Below are positions 23,277-37,274 of a stretch of 64,000 bases of DNA, piece after piece. Below the pieces are notes generated by a model. The model did not search any database. It had not been told where the DNA came from and saw only the letters and a program-made list of their open reading frames with translations. The first letter of the stretch is position 1; each line of letters starts with the position of its first letter. Made by a program: the position numbers and the translations under genes. This DNA comes from Malacoraja senta (Eukaryota), in assembly GCA_038087875.1 (NCBI GenBank), contig CM075978.1, positions 180,172,001 through 180,236,000 on the forward strand. Reading direction: 5' to 3'.

Positions 23277-23800
23277 ACTATCACTAAAACTCTGATCTTG
23301 TTATCTTCCGGTTTGCGCGGTTTTTCTATTTGCACAAAAACGGTACGCAATAGCGCTACGATTTTCGCCAGCTCACTCCCCGTTCTCCTGTGCTGCGAGC
23401 GCACTAAGTTTCGTTCCGATCGGTGGCATAATGTAAAAGTTAGCGAGGTTTAAAAATCTTAAAATCTGCGTGCGCAGATCGATCTCCTCTCCTGCCAATC
23501 ACCGCCGCGCGGGTTTGTCTCTTCTCCTGTCACTCCATGGGAAAGTCCGCCCTTCCTGGGACGCTCTGGATGGCCGGCGGAGGTCTCGAACCGGACACAA
23601 TTTTCGGAGGGACCGGAAGCGGCCCAGCCCGGCCCGGCCCAGCGCGGGATTGGAGATGTCGCCGATGTCTTCAAATAGAATGCGGAGAATCTGATCTCGG
23701 CGGAGGAGAACGACCAGCAACCAGCGTCCGCTGTGAGTCCCCATTGCACCACCAGCTCCAGCCTCTTCTGACTAGTCTCCCCACCCCCCACACCCCACAC
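23140..23800 (+). mobile_element. Helitron tail-to-head junction: 3' end (CTAG 23180-23183) followed by a new 5' end and GC-rich cargo
   Basis: ..CCACTTGGTCTAG|TCTATC(TATC)n..TCACTAAAACTCTGATCTTG matches the termini of the Helitron at 6664-8024. Confidence 0.68.
23184..23276. repeat. (CTAT)n microsatellite
   Basis: Directly visible. Confidence 0.97.
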
Positions 23801-26800
23801 AAACCCCCGCCAAGGGCGGAAATCCCGGGGGTGCAGGGGGCGCGCCCCCTTCATGTTTTGAGAGGTGGGGGACAATCCCCCCATGTTTTGTAATCCGAAT
23901 TTTGAAATTCGGTGATAAAAAATCTATGAAAAATCTCCGCTTGCCGCAAGACTGTGGAGTGGACTCATGATCGAGGGCGCCGATTGGACAAGAGAGCCAT
24001 CAGTCAGCAGTCAGTGGAGGGGATGAGACATGATGATTCGGCGCGATTGGACGAGGGAGATGTCAGTCAGAGGCGGAAGGAGGGTGGTTGGAGGAGGGAG
24101 ACGTCTTGGTGGAGCAAAGATCATAGAGCGGTGTTTGAATTGACCCGTTCGCGGGGCCTTTCATCGCCCGGCGTGGCTTAAAATCGACCGCGGGATCTTC
24201 CATTGCCCGCGGTCAAATTGCTGAGTCGAGGCGAACGAGGCTTCCGATGTTGAAGCCCCGGACGGGCAATGGAAGTTCCCGCGGCCGGTTTTAAGCCGCC
24301 CTGGGCGATAAAAGGCCCGTGAACGGGCCGATTGAAGCCTCACGATTCGGGGCAGCCGAAGCTACTGTTGCTGGAGTTCGGAATCGGTCACCAATCAGGT
24401 CAGCTACCGATGTTACCGTTCGTAGGGCCCACGGCCGAAACCTCGCGCGTGTGTGTGCGTGCACGGCGCGCGGCCACCGATAAACTGTGTCCCCCCCATG
24501 TTTTGACAGCAATTTCCTGGGTTGGCTGCCTGTGCACCCGTCTCCCCACGTTAGACGAAGTCACTCACTATATGGCGTCCTCCATATAGGTTATAGCATC
24601 CTGGAGACACCCATGGTCAGCCATGACCGAATGGGGCCTAAGAATAAGAATTGTTTGAATCAATGTGCCTGTGCTGCTGCTGGATACAAATTTTAATTTG
24701 GACTTGTACCGTACAGACTTCTGCATATGTCAATAAATTCTACTTGACTGTATACATCACGAATGATGTAATATTCTCATTTTGCAAAAGAATAGGGAAA
24801 TTAATAGTTCACCTATAACCTTTCATGAGCCATGGAAATAGAAACTGAGAAAAAACGATGTAAAAATAGGAAATGAAAACGGTTGGATAGATGAAAAGGT
24901 CAGACTGCAACTTTGGAGGGAAAAACGCTTAATATTTCAGACGAGGGATCCCTGATCAGAACTGTGAAATAGAGAAAGGTGTTAACCTATTGAATACCAA
25001 GATTGGAAGAGGATGATGGGTGGAATAAAAGAGAATTCGCTAATAAAATCAAGGTTAAATTAGATGAATATACCATGGTCGTGTAATTTGTTGCTAATTT
25101 GATTCTGCATCTGGGACAGAAGTCGAATGAAGAAACTGTGGCCGACACAATCGACATCAATTCTTAAGTGACAGGAAGGTAAAGCAAATTTCTAAAGTTG
25201 AAAATGTTACATTGATTCCCGAAGGCAAATCGTCCAATCAACGTCTGGTTTCTTCACACTAAAGGAGGCTATGTTGCGAAAACTTAATACGATACGCTAG
25301 ATCGGAATAAATGCAAGGGAATCGCTGCTTCATCGGGAAAGATTATTTCGGTCCCAGAATGTGAGATGGAAAGACCTAACATTTCGAGTATTTAATGGGG
25401 GCGTGAGCAAAATATGTGGGGAAGGAAGAGCAGGCCCGAATGTCTTAAACGGAGTGACCCATTCGAAATTTTGAAAAAGTGTACAGAGGAATGTATTAAG
25501 GTGCTGGAGCATTATCGTGGTCGGCGGCAATTGGGAAGAATGGCCCGTTGAATGCGGAAACAGCCAGAGTGAAATTAAAACCATCGGATCTCTTATCACT
25601 TTGTCCAGGAGGTGAAGCGCCCAGAGTAGAGGTGCGGGAAAAATATGAAGTTACCTTGCCTAACATATCGCAGCGATGTGCGTATGTATATCTTTATGTG
25701 CGTATGCTATGTATACATCTCCTTGGCCATCACCTTTACTCATCACGTGGGTGCTGGCTGACAGTACGACCTCTGGTCCAGTAAGATACCAACCTTACAT
25801 ATGTCATCCATGCTTTCAAATGCCTGCTTTGCTTCACTCATCCCTATCCTTGTATCAATATGCTTTGCTTCACTCATCCCTATCCTTGTATCAATATTCG
25901 GGCTCACAACTCTAGCTGCTTCTCAATATGGTCTATGGAAACTCCCAAAATTCTGCAATTGGCTGCTGCTAATCGTATTGATCCTTAACTGTCCAATTTC
26001 TTCTCCCGAACCATTCTGACTCTTTCATCATGCAGGATATGCTTTAAAAGCTAATTTTTCTTTTCGACCACTTACCAGAACGACTTCTTCTTCTTGCGTA
26101 TGGCGTGCACAGCCTAAAGTTGTAGGTTAACTTGTTCTATTTGATCTAATTGTTTGTGCCCGTCGGGTTGATTGCATTAGTCGAAACAGGGTGGATCACG
26201 TGCAGGTTGTAATCTCCCACCCCACCAGAACGACTGATTTTACCCCCTGTGTCCAAATCATATATTTCTGCAAAACAACGTGGACTTTGTTTATTATTTG
26301 AAAAATAACTTATTAAAACGGAAATTGATGCTATATGCGTTCGAGAGAATTGCAGCATTATGTGTATATTCATGCACATTATCTAAATGTTCTTGTGGGG
26401 CATGGTGACTATAGAAGTTTATGAAATTATGAGGTTCATAGACAGGGAAGATAGGCAAAAGTCTTTTGTCAAAGGGTAGGGGAGTCTGAAACTAGAAGGT
26501 GTATGTTTAAAACAAAAATGGATATATTTGGCGAGTACACGGAGTAAACTGCCTGGATAAGTTAGGGGCAAGTCTAATCACACAGTTTAAAAAGCATTTG
26601 GTAAGATACGTGAATAGGAAAGGAATAGAAGAATATGGGTAGGAAAATGACATTCACATAGAGAGGCATATCGGTCGGCGTGAGCGAGTCGGGTCGAATG
26701 TTTTTGTCTTATGCTGCACGCTCCGTTTTCCCTTTAAGCGAATGTATCTGCAGCTCGAGCTAATAAGACATACGCAAATAGCAGAGAATAGAATTGCGCT

Positions 26801-27239
26801 CGCGAACCTGCTGATGACATCGTGGAAACACTTTGTGGTTAAAAGCAAAAAGTCACCTTCTTACGTTACAGATAAGAACGGCGATTTGCGCAATTTATGT
26901 AATAGTATGTAATAGCTTGTTTCGTTGTAACAAATTTATGTAAAGTTGCTCCGTAAAATCTGTGTTTAAATTTCATGTCGTTTACTTCAGCAAATTATTG
27001 TCACGTCTGCCGATATGCAATGAAAAACATTTGAGTGCGTGCTATCATGTCAAAGAAAAGACCATACATGAATACAATCAAGCCGTCCACAATGCTCAGA
27101 GAAATTGTAAAGGGTACAAAATTTAGTGCAAGATAAAGGCCAATGAAAGGTGGTTCAAAGGTCATATGTGAGATGGATGCGGTAGATGAGGACCGCACTC
27201 TAGCTGATGAGAGGACCGTTCGTTCACTTGCCTGATAAG

Positions 27240-27812
27240 AGCTGGGAGGACATTGACCCTGATTCTGGGGTATGCGTTCGGAAACATCTGTACGTCTTGC
27301 CTCATGTGAGAGGGGAGCAGAGTGATGGCCAGTACGAGGCTGGTCCTTGATTATCCTGACGGCCTTGCCGCGACAGTGTAGATGGAGTCAATGGATGGGA
27401 AGTTAGTTTGTGTGATGGTCTGAGCTACGTCTACAACTCTCTGCAATTTCTTGTGGTCTTGGATGGAGCTGTTTCCAACCCCGTCTATAATGCATCCTAA
27501 AAAAGCTGTTTACAATGCCTCTGTAGAAGTTGGTGGGGGTTATTGGTGTCATGCCGAAAGTCCTAATCCTTCTCAGGACGTAGAGGCATTCATGTGCATT
27601 TCTGGCTATAGCTTCGACGTGGCTGGTCCAGGACAAATTGCTGGTGATATTTATTCTAAGGAACCTGAACCTTTCGACCATTTCTGCTTCGGCGTCATCA
27701 ATGCATAAGTGGGGTGTGCACTGTTTCTCTTGCTGAAGCCAATCACAATCTACTTTGTCCCTCCTTTGTCTTGCTGACATTGAGGGAAAAGTTGTTGTCT
27801 TGAAAGTTCTCA
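27240..27812 (-). mobile_element. Rex/Babar-like LINE 3' fragment (duplicate at 53655-54250)
   Basis: ORF 27403-27813: ..VERFRFLRINITSNLSWTSHVEAIARNAHECLYVLRRI.., a typical RT C-terminal region. Confidence 0.75.
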
Positions 27813-27915
27813 ATCTCCTTTCTGTACACTGGACAGAAATAAAATTAGAAGAGTATATACATCAGAATTTTTTCCTGGAATGCTTTTTTCAGTTATGACG
27901 TGAGACTGGGAAGGC

Positions 27916-28216
27916 TGCCTGTCCCACTTAAGGGCCTGTCAAATGGGCGACGTTTTAGGCGACTGCAGGAGACTCTGCGCTCACCACATGGTCGCCACAT
28001 ATTTGCTGATGGTCTCTGGTGAGTCTCCTTCATGGTTGCGAGGAACTCCCGCATTGGGAACGAGTCGTGGCCTCAGTGTGGTCGCCGCAAATGTTTCAAC
28101 ATGTTGAGAAATTTTCTGCGACCAAAAATTGGTCGCCATGGAGAAAATCGATAATCCTGTAGTCGTATGTGCAGTTGTAGTGGGGTCGCCATGTTGTTAT
28201 AGGTAGTCGAGGTAGT
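27916..28216. mobile_element. Non-autonomous DNA-transposon fragment (GGGCCTGTCCCACT-type terminus), truncated by CR1; duplicate at 54350-54645
   Basis: One terminus plus internal GGTCGCC repeats. The other terminus was not found. Confidence 0.4.
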
Positions 28217-31200
28217 CATAGAAACATAGAAACATAGAAAATAGGTGCAGGAGGAGGCCATTCGGCCCTTCGAGCCAGCACCGCCAATCATTATGATCAT
28301 GGCTGAATGTCCCAAATCAATAACCCGTGACTGCCTTCGCCTCATATCCCCTGATTCCACTAGCCCCTAGAGCTCGATCTAACTCTCTCTTAAATCCATC
28401 CAGTGATTTGGTCTCCACTGCCCTCTGTGGCAGGGAATTCCACAAATTCACAACTCTCTGGGTGAAAAAGTTTTTTCTCACCTCAGTCTTAAATGGCCTC
28501 CCCTTTATTCTAAGACTGTGGCCCCTGGTTCTGGACTCGCCCAACATTGGGAACATTTTACCTGCATCTAGCTTGTCCAGTCCTTTTATAATTTTATATG
28601 TTTCTATAAGATGCCCCCTCATCCTTCTAAACTCCAGTGAATATAAGCCTAGTCTTTTCAACCGTTGCTCATTTGACAGTCCCGCCATCCCAGGGATCAA
28701 TCTCGTGAACCTACGCTGCACTGCCTCAATCACAAGAATGTCCTTCCTCAAATTAGGACACCAAAACTGTACACAATACTCCAGAGGTGGTCTTACCAGA
28801 GCCCTATACAAGTGCAGAAGAACTTCTTTATTCCTATATTGAATTCCTCTTGTTATGAACGCCAACATTCCATTAGCTATCTGCACTGCCTGCTGTACCT
28901 GCAGGCCAACTTTCAGTGACTGGTGCACAAGGACACCCAAGTCTCTCCTTTACCTAACCTAACCCCATTGAGATAATAATCTGCCCCTTTGTTTTGCCGC
29001 CAAAGTGGATAACCTCACATTTATCTATGTAATACTGCATCTGCCACGCATCTGCCCACTCACTCAACCTGTCCAGGTCACCAGGTCATTTTTGTTGTGA
29101 TTCTATGCATTGTAAGGTGTCCTTGGGTTTTAGAAAGGTGCCAGTAAATAAAATGATTATGATTATTATTATTACCCTGCAACCTCCTAAAATCCTCTTC
29201 ACAGTTCACACTGCCGCCCAGCTTTGTGTCATCCGCAAACTTGCTAGTGTTGCTCATAATTCCCTCTTCCAAATCATCAATATATATGGTAAACAGTCGC
29301 GGCCCAAACACCGAGCCTTGCGGCACTCCACTTGCCACTGCCTGCCATTCTGATAAGGGCCCGTTCACTCCAACTCTTTGCTTCCTGTCTGCCAGCCAAT
29401 TTTGTATCCACGTCAACACCCTACCCCCAATACCATGTGCTCTAATTTTAGTCATCAGTCTCCCGTGCGGGACCTTATCAAAGGCTTTCTGAAAGTCTAG
29501 ATACACTACATCCACTGGCTCCCCTTCATCCATTTTACTTGTCACATCCTCAAAAAATTCCAGAAGATTAGTCAAGCATGATTTTCCTTTCATAAATCCA
29601 TGCTGACTTGGACTTATCGTTTTACTGCTATCCAAATGCCCCGTTATTACCTCTTTAATAATTGACTCCAGCATCTTTCCCATCACCGAAGTCAGGCTAA
29701 CTGGTCTGTAATTCCCAGTTTTCTCTCTCGCTCCTTTCTTGAAAAGTGGGATAACATTAGCTACCTTCCAATCCACAGGAACTGATCCTGAATCTATTGA
29801 ACATTGGAAAATGATCACCAATGTGTCCACTATTTCTAGAGCCACCTCCCCGATGACCCTGGGATGCAGATCATCAGGCCCAGGGGATTTATCATCCTTC
29901 AGTCCCATTAGCCTACCCAATACTATATCTCGCCTAATGAAAATTTCTTTCAGTTCCTCTACCCCCTTAGATCCTCTGTCCTCCAGTACTTCTGGGAGAT
30001 TGTTTGTGTCTTCCTTAGTGAAGACAATTTACAAAGCACCTGTTCAACTCTTCTGCCATTTCCTTGTTCCCCATAATAATTTCACCCGTGTCTGCCTTCA
30101 AGGGACCCACATTTGACTTTGCTATTCTTTTTCTCTTAACATATCTAAAGAAGCTTTATATTCCTGGCCAGCTTCCCCTCGTACTTCATCTTTTCAGCCC
30201 CTATTGCCCGTTTTGTTTCCTCTTGTTGTCCTAGGAAAGTTTCCCAATCCTCTGGCTTCCAGCTACTCTTTGCTGTGTTATACATATTTTCTTGTAGTTT
30301 TATTCTATCCCTAACTTCTCTTGTGAGCCACGGTTGCCTCCTACTCCCCTTCGAATCTTTCTTCCTTTTTGGAATGAAATGATCCTGTATCCTCTGGATT
30401 TTGCCCAGAAATTCCTACCATTGCTGGTCCACCGTAATTCCTGTTAGGATCCCTTTCCAGTCTACCTTGGCCAGCTCCTCCCTCATGCCTTCATAGTCCC
30501 CTTTGTTCAACTGCATCACTGACACTTCCGATTTAACCTTCTCCTTCTCAAATTGCAGATTTAAACTATTAATATTATAATCACTACCTCCAAGCGGTTC
30601 CTTTACCTCTAGTTCTCTTATCAAATCTTGTTCATTGGACAATACTAAATCCAGAATTGCCTTTCCTCTCGTCGGTTCCATTACAAGCTGCTCTAAGAAT
30701 CCATCTCGGAGGCACCCTACAAACTCTCTTTCTTGGGGTCCTGAACCAACCTGATTTTCCCAGTCTACTTGCATATTGAAATCCCCCATCACCACGGTGT
30801 CATTACCTTTGTTACATGCCAGTTTTAATTCCTGCTGCAACTTACACTCTACATCCGGGCAACTATTTGGGGGTCTGTAGATAACACCGATTAGTGTCTT
30901 CTTGCCTTTCCAATTCCTCAACTCAAACCACAGTGACATTACCTCGTCAGTGCCTATGTCTTCCCTCGCAAGGGTCTGAATTCCATCCCTCACCAGCAGA
31001 GCTACACCCTCTCCTCTGCCCACTTGCCTGTCCTTTCTATAGGATGTATAACCCTGAATATTAAGTTCCCAGGCCTGATCCTCCTGCAGCCACATCTCAG
31101 TAATCCCCACAATGTCAATTCTACCAATCTCTAACTGAGCCTCAAGCTCATCTACTTTACTGCTTATACGTCGCGCATTCATATACAATATTTTTAATTC

Positions 31201-33110
31201 CTTCCGCATTTCACCTTTCACATCGATCCCTATTACATTTGTCCATACTCTCCTATCCATTTGTGAGCTTTCTTTACCGTTAATTCTGGGGTAATTAACT
31301 ATCCCTTTACTCCCTTTCCCTTTAAGTCCGTCCTTGACTATCCCATATGACATCCCCCCCCCCCCCCCTTATGTAGTTTAAAACCACCTGTGTAGCAGTG
31401 GCAAACCTGCCTGCCAGAATGCCGGTCCCCCATCTGTTAAGGTGCAATCCATCCCTTTTGTACAGTTCCCCCTTACTCCAAAACAGATCCCAGTGGTCCA
31501 AGAATCTAAATCCCTGCCCCCTGCACCAGTTCCTCAGCCACAAATTCAGGTCCTGTATGTCCCTGTTCCTGCTCTCGCCAGCACGAGGAACTGGAAGCAA
31601 ACCGGAGATAACCACCCTGGAGGTCCTGCTTTTCAGCATTTTTCCGAGTTCTCTAAAGTCACGCTTCAGAATATTCATCCCCTTCTTTCCGAATTCGTTT
31701 GTGCCAACATGCACTACCACTTCTGGCTGTTCACCTTCGCCCCTGAGGATTTTCTGCACTCTGTCCGTGACATTCTGGATCCTGGCACCAGGGAGGCAGC
31801 ACACCATCCTCAAATGCCGTCTGTTGCAACAGAAACCCCTGTCCGTACTTCTCACAATGGAGTCTCCAAGTACCACGGCGTTGCCTGACGTCGGCCTCTT
31901 TGGTTTTGTCTCAACAGTTCTTTTTGCTTCGGAAGCCAGTGTGCCGCTTAGTGCGTTAATGTCTTCTGTCTCGACAGCTTCTGAGTGGGTGAACCTGTAC
32001 ACAAGAGGTACAACACCCGGGGACCTGTGCATTCCATGTTTACTTCCCTTTCTCACCGTCACCCACCTTCTCTCTTCCAGTACCTTAGGTGTAACAATCT
32101 TGCTGTAGGACTCGTCGAGGAACGACTCAGTTTCTCGGACGAACTTGAGGTCATCCACTTGCTTCTCCAGTTCTCCAACATGGTCCTTCAGGAGCTGTAT
32201 CTGGATGCACTTCTCACATTTGTAGCAGCCAGAGGCGCCAGCGGTGTCCTTGACCTCCCACATACTGCAAGCATCACACTGAATCAGCTTGATTGACATT
32301 TCCTTCTTTCATCTCACCCTCTCCAGCGTTTGGTGTGGCGTCCTCCCTCCGCCTCCTCGCCGAAGACTCTCGAGCCAAAGACTCACAGCTCCCTCACAAG
32401 GCCGCTCCCTCAGAGCAGCCTTGCTTATATTGACTGATAAATTGCCAAATCACCAATTAACAATCCAAATTTTTCAGTTTTAAACTGTTCTCCCCCTGTG
32501 ACTTACTCACCTTTCCCACGGGCTTCAGCCAATCAGCTCTTCTCCCTGCTTCTCTTTGTTGCTGCATGTCCAAGATCCACGTAAGCTCTGGGCTAACTCT
32601 GGCTGCTTTTTTGCACTCTTTTTAAATGGTTTTCCCCCTCTGACTCGCCTCTGACTCGCCTTTCCCACGGATTTCAGCCAATCAGCTCTTCTCTCTGCCT
32701 TTGCTGCTTGTCCAAGATCCACGTAAGCTCTAAGCCAGCTCTGGGCTAACTCTGGTTGCTTTTTGGCGCTCTTTTTAAACGGTTTTTCCCCTCTGACTCA
32801 CCTCTGACTCACCTTTCCCACGGGCTTCAGCCAATCAGCTCTTCTCCCTGCTTCTCTTTATTGCTGCTTTTCTAAGATCCACGTAAGCTCTGGGCTAAAT
32901 CTGGCTACTTTTTGGCGCTTTTTTAAAATGGGTTTCCCCCTCTGACTCACCTCTCACTCACCTTTCCCACGGGCTTCAGTCAATCATCTCTTATCCCTTC
33001 TTCTCTTTGTTGCTGTTTGTCCAAGATCCACGTCAGCTCTGGGCTAACTCTGGCTGCTTTTTGCCATTCTTTTTAAACGGGTTTCCCTCCTCTGACTCAC
33101 TTTTCCCACG
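28217..33110 (-). mobile_element. Near full-length, decayed CR1 LINE (ORF1 SGNH esterase 31322-32299; ORF2 APE and RT in pieces at 30415-31353, 29078-29920, 28317-28940)
   Basis: ORF1 has CxxC, GDSIVR, HVGTN and DGLHLN. ORF2 has GDFN, KSPGPD, YRPVSLTS and FADD. The tail is (TTTCTATG)n. Confidence 0.93.
32510..33110. repeat. Four tandem monomers of about 150 bp in the CR1 5' UTR
   Basis: CCTTTCCCACG recurs near 32510, 32659, 32812, 32961 and 33101. Each unit carries AGCCAATCAG. Confidence 0.88.
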
Positions 33111-33789
33111 TTTTGTTATTCATCTTACCATAATAACTTTTCTTTGTGTGTTTAGAATGCGAACCTGAAATAACTAAAAGGAAACACATTTGCAAAGATG
33201 ATGCTTGAACAATTATAACTTTTAAAAAGTTACGTATCACATTACATTGACCGGGAACAAACTCGATGGACTATATACCTTGCTCATGCTGGTCTTTTAA
33301 AATTTGGCATCACAAGTTGTCAAGTGCTCAAATCTCCAAGAATGCAACAATTTTAAGTTAGCAATCATACTGTAAAGAATTCTATTTTTTGTCTCTGAAG
33401 TCTTTTGTGGTCTTGGACGTATTTCCGCTTTTTTTAAATAATTGATTCTATTTCTAACAATCCAAGCTTTTACTTTAATAAACACGTATCGACATTTGTT
33501 TGTTGAATTAACTTAGTTCTCGTGCCGATGTGCTCCCCTTCTCTTCAGTAATCCACTGCGGGTTTTGTAATGCACATTTGGCCCTTGAATACCTTTGCGC
33601 GAAAGTTGCTGTTGCAAATAACTGCGAATGTAACAGATGAATACTTAGGAGCAAGGAGCTAGTTAATTCCTGAATGTTAACAATGGAAAGAGGTTATAAT
33701 ATTTTTGCATATAGTCACTTATGGTACCACGGAGAAAGGTAGCAGAGGAATGAATGCATAATATATTGTAAGCGAAAAGAGTGCAATCA

Positions 33790-33922
33790 AAGATTCTGAA
33801 GAAGGGTTTCGGCCCGAAACGTTGCCTATTCCCTTCGCTCCATAGATGCTGCCGCACCCGCTGAGTTTCTCCAGCGCTTTTGTCTACCTTCGGTTTTCCA
33901 GCATCTGCAGTTCCTTCTTGAA
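33790..33922 (+). mobile_element. Penelope-derived short repeat with intact minimal hammerhead-like core
   Basis: CTGAAGA(33796)-A-GGGT-TTCG-GCCC-GAAAC-GTT. Confidence 0.72.
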
Positions 33923-34059
33923 CAATCAAAGATTCAGCTGACTATGGGTTTTCCTTTCTAAATTCCTTGTGTGCGGATTTAGATGATCCGAATCAATAGC
34001 GAAAAACTCTCAGTGGTACGCCGTCCAATTGCCACCCGGGAGCCGTTGGAGCTGTTGCA

Positions 34060-37000
34060 GTGGGAGGAGTAAAGTCCGGGCGGTGAGTACAAAACCCCAT
34101 CTCGGGGCTTCGTTCCACAGAGGCCCGGGAGCCGTTGGTAACGTTCCATTCGCAGTTTACAGTCCAAAACAAGAGGAAGCTGCTGATTGGTGGAAGCGGA
34201 CTAGAGGAAGCAGCTGATTGGGAGTCAGATCCCTGCTGATTTCTTCCAGCAGTTTGTATTGTACTTATATTGTATTTGTATTGTATCCTAGGTACAGGAG
34301 GAGTATGAGGGCCAGGGCAGTTTACTGTTCTGGATGTCAGATGTGGGAGGTCAAGGAATCTGATAGCCTTCCAGACGTCCACATCTACGCCAGGTGCATT
34401 GAGATGGGGCTCCTAAGGGACCGTATTAGGAACCTGGAGCAGCAGCTCGATGACCTCCGTCTTGTCAGGGAGAGCGAGGAAGTCATAGAGAGGAGTTATA
34501 GAGAGGTGGTCACTCCAAGACCACAGGAGGCAGGCAAGTGGGTCACGGTTAGGTGGGGCAAGGGGCAGAGGCAGGGACTAGAGAGTACCCCAGTGGCTGT
34601 ACACCTTGACAATAAGTACTCCTGTTTGAGTACTGTTGGGGGGGACCGCCTATCTGGGGGTTGCGACAGCGGCCAGGCCTCCGGTACAGAGACCGGCCCT
34701 GTTGCTCAGAAGGGTAAGGGAAAGAGGAGGAGGGCAGTAGTAATAGGGGACTCTATAGTTAGGGGGTCAGATAGTCGATTCTGTGGACGCAGTCCGGAGA
34801 CCCGGATGGTAGTTTGCCTCCCTGGTGCCAGGGTCTGGGATGTGTCTGAACGTGTCCAAGATATCCTGAAATGGGAGGGAGAAGAGCCTGAGGTCGTGGT
34901 ACATATAGGTACCAATGACATAGGTAGAAAAAGGGAAGAGGTCCTGAAAGGAGAAGTTAGAGAGTTAGGAAGAGAGTTAAGGAGAAGGACCGCAAAGGTA
35001 ACAATCTCGGGATTACTGCCTGTGCCACGCGACAGTGAGAGTAGGAATGGAGCGAGGTGGAGGATAAATGCGTGGCTGAACGACTGGTGCAGTGGGCAGG
35101 GATTCAAGTTTCTGGATCATTGGGACCTCTTTTGGGGAAGGTGTGACCTGTACAAAAAGGACGGGTTGCACTTGAACCCGAGGGGGACCAATATCCTGGC
35201 GGGGAGATTTGCAAAGGCTACTGTGGAGACTTTAAATTAGAACGGTTGGGGGGAGGGACTCAAATAGAGAAAGCTTGTAGACAGTGTGTGAGGCAGGAGG
35301 CAGAGAATGGAAGCACTCAGACCCAACAGGTAGGGGGGGAAGAAGAAAAAAAATAATAAACAGAGAATAAGAGGTGGTGGGTTTCTTAAAGGTGTGAGCA
35401 AAGAGACAGAGGGGTGTAAAATGAGGGTAGAAGCAATAGGTAGCAAGGTGAAAAGTAAACGTGGCAGGCAGACAAATCCAGTGCAAAAATCAAAAAGGGC
35501 CGCTTTTCAACATAATTGTATAAGGGGTAAGAGCGTTGTCAAAACAAGCCTGAAGGCTTTGTGTCTCAATGCAAGGAGCATTCGTAATAAGGTGGATGAG
35601 TTGAATGTGCAGATAGCTATTAATGATTAACGCCGGGAAGTAGTGTTAGGTAAATTGAATGGATTAAAGGCCGATAAATCCCCAGGGCCAGATAGGCTGC
35701 ATCCCAGAGTACTTAAGGAAGTAGCCCCAGAAATAGTGGATGCATTAGTGATCATTTTTCAAAACTCCTTAGATTCTGGAGTAGTTCCTGAGGATTGGAG
35801 GGTAGCTAATGTAACCCCCCTTTTTAAAAAGGGAGGGAGAGAGAAAAAGGGGAATTACAGACCAGTCAGTCTAACATCGGTAGTGGGGAAACTGCTAGAG
35901 TCAGTTATTAAAGATGGGATAGCAGCACATTTGGAAAGTGGTGAAATCATTATACAAAGTCAGCATGGATTTACGAAAGGTAAATCATGTCTGACGAATC
36001 TTATAGAATTTTTCGAGGATGTAACTAGTAGAGTGGATAAGGGAGAACCAGTGGATGTGTTATATCTGGACTTTCAGAAGGCTTTCGACCAGGTCCCACA
36101 TAAGAGATTAGTATACAAACTTAAAGCACACGGTATTGGGGGTTCAGTATTGATGTGGATAGAGAACTGGCTGGCAAACAGGAAGTAAAGAGTAGGTGTA
36201 AACGGGTCCTTTTCAGAATGGCAGGCAGTGACTAGTGGGGTACCGCAAGGCTCAGTGCTGGGACCCCAGCTATTTACAATATATATTAATGATTTGGACG
36301 AGGGAATTGAATGCAACATCTCCAAGTTTGCGGATGACACGAAGCTGGGGGGGGGGGGGGGGGCAGTGTTAGCTGTGAGGAGGATGCTAGGAGCCTGCAA
36401 AGTAACTTGGATAGGCTGGGTCAGAGGGCAAATGCATGGCAGATGCAGTATAATGTGGATAAATGTGAGGTTATCCACTTTGGTGGCAAAAACAGGAAAG
36501 TAGACTATTATCTAAATGGTGGCCGATTAGGAAAAGGGGAGATGCAACGAGACCTGGGTGTCATGGTACACCAGTCATTGAAAGTAGGCATGCAGGTGCA
36601 GCAGGCAGTGAAGAAAGCGAATGGTGTATTAGTATTCATAGCAAAAGGATTTGAGTATAGGAGCAGGGACGTTCTACTGCAGTTGTACAGGGTCTTGGTG
36701 AGACCACACCTGGAGTATTGCGTACAGTTTTGGTCTCCAAATCTGAGGAAAGAAATTTTTGCCATAGAGGGAGTACAGAGAAAGTTCACCAGATTGATTC
36801 CTGGGATGTCAGGACTTTCATATGAAGAAAGACTGGATAGACTCGGCTTGTACTCGCTAGAATTTAGAAGATTGAGGGGGGGATCTTATAGAAACTTACA
36901 AAATTCGTAAGGGGTTGGACAGGCTAGATGTAGGAAGATTGTTCCCGATGTTGGGGAAGTCCAGGACAAGGGGTCACAGTTTAAGGATTAAAGGGAAATC

Positions 37001-37274
37001 ATTTAGGACCGAGATGAGAAAAACATTTTTCACACAGAGAGTGGTGAATCTCTGGAACTCTCTGCCACAGAAGGTAGTTGAGGCCAGTTCATTGGCTATA
37101 TTTAAGAGGGAGTTAGATGTGGCCCTTGTGGCTAAAGGGATCAGGGGGTACGGAGAAAAGGCAGGTACAGGATACTGAGTTGGATGATCAGCCATGATCA
37201 TATTGAATGGCGGTGCAGGCTCGAAGGGCCGAATGGCCTACCGCTGCACCTATTTTCTATGTTTCTATGTTTCT
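34060..37274 (+). mobile_element. CR1 LINE, second family, with open ORF1 (ATG 34305 to 35240) and an internal deletion of most of the endonuclease at about 35630
   Basis: SGNH motifs in ORF1. ORF2 jumps from LNARSIRNKVDEL.. to REVVLGKLNGLKADKSPGPD. RT motifs and a (TTTCTATG)n tail are present. Confidence 0.92.

Larger units (their letters stand above)
21508..33180 (+). repeat. Segmental duplication, copy A
   Basis: Collinear with 43449-64000. Two 60-bp spot checks gave 90% and 93% identity. Both copies share SINE, Rex/Babar, MITE and CR1 insertions. Confidence 0.9.
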
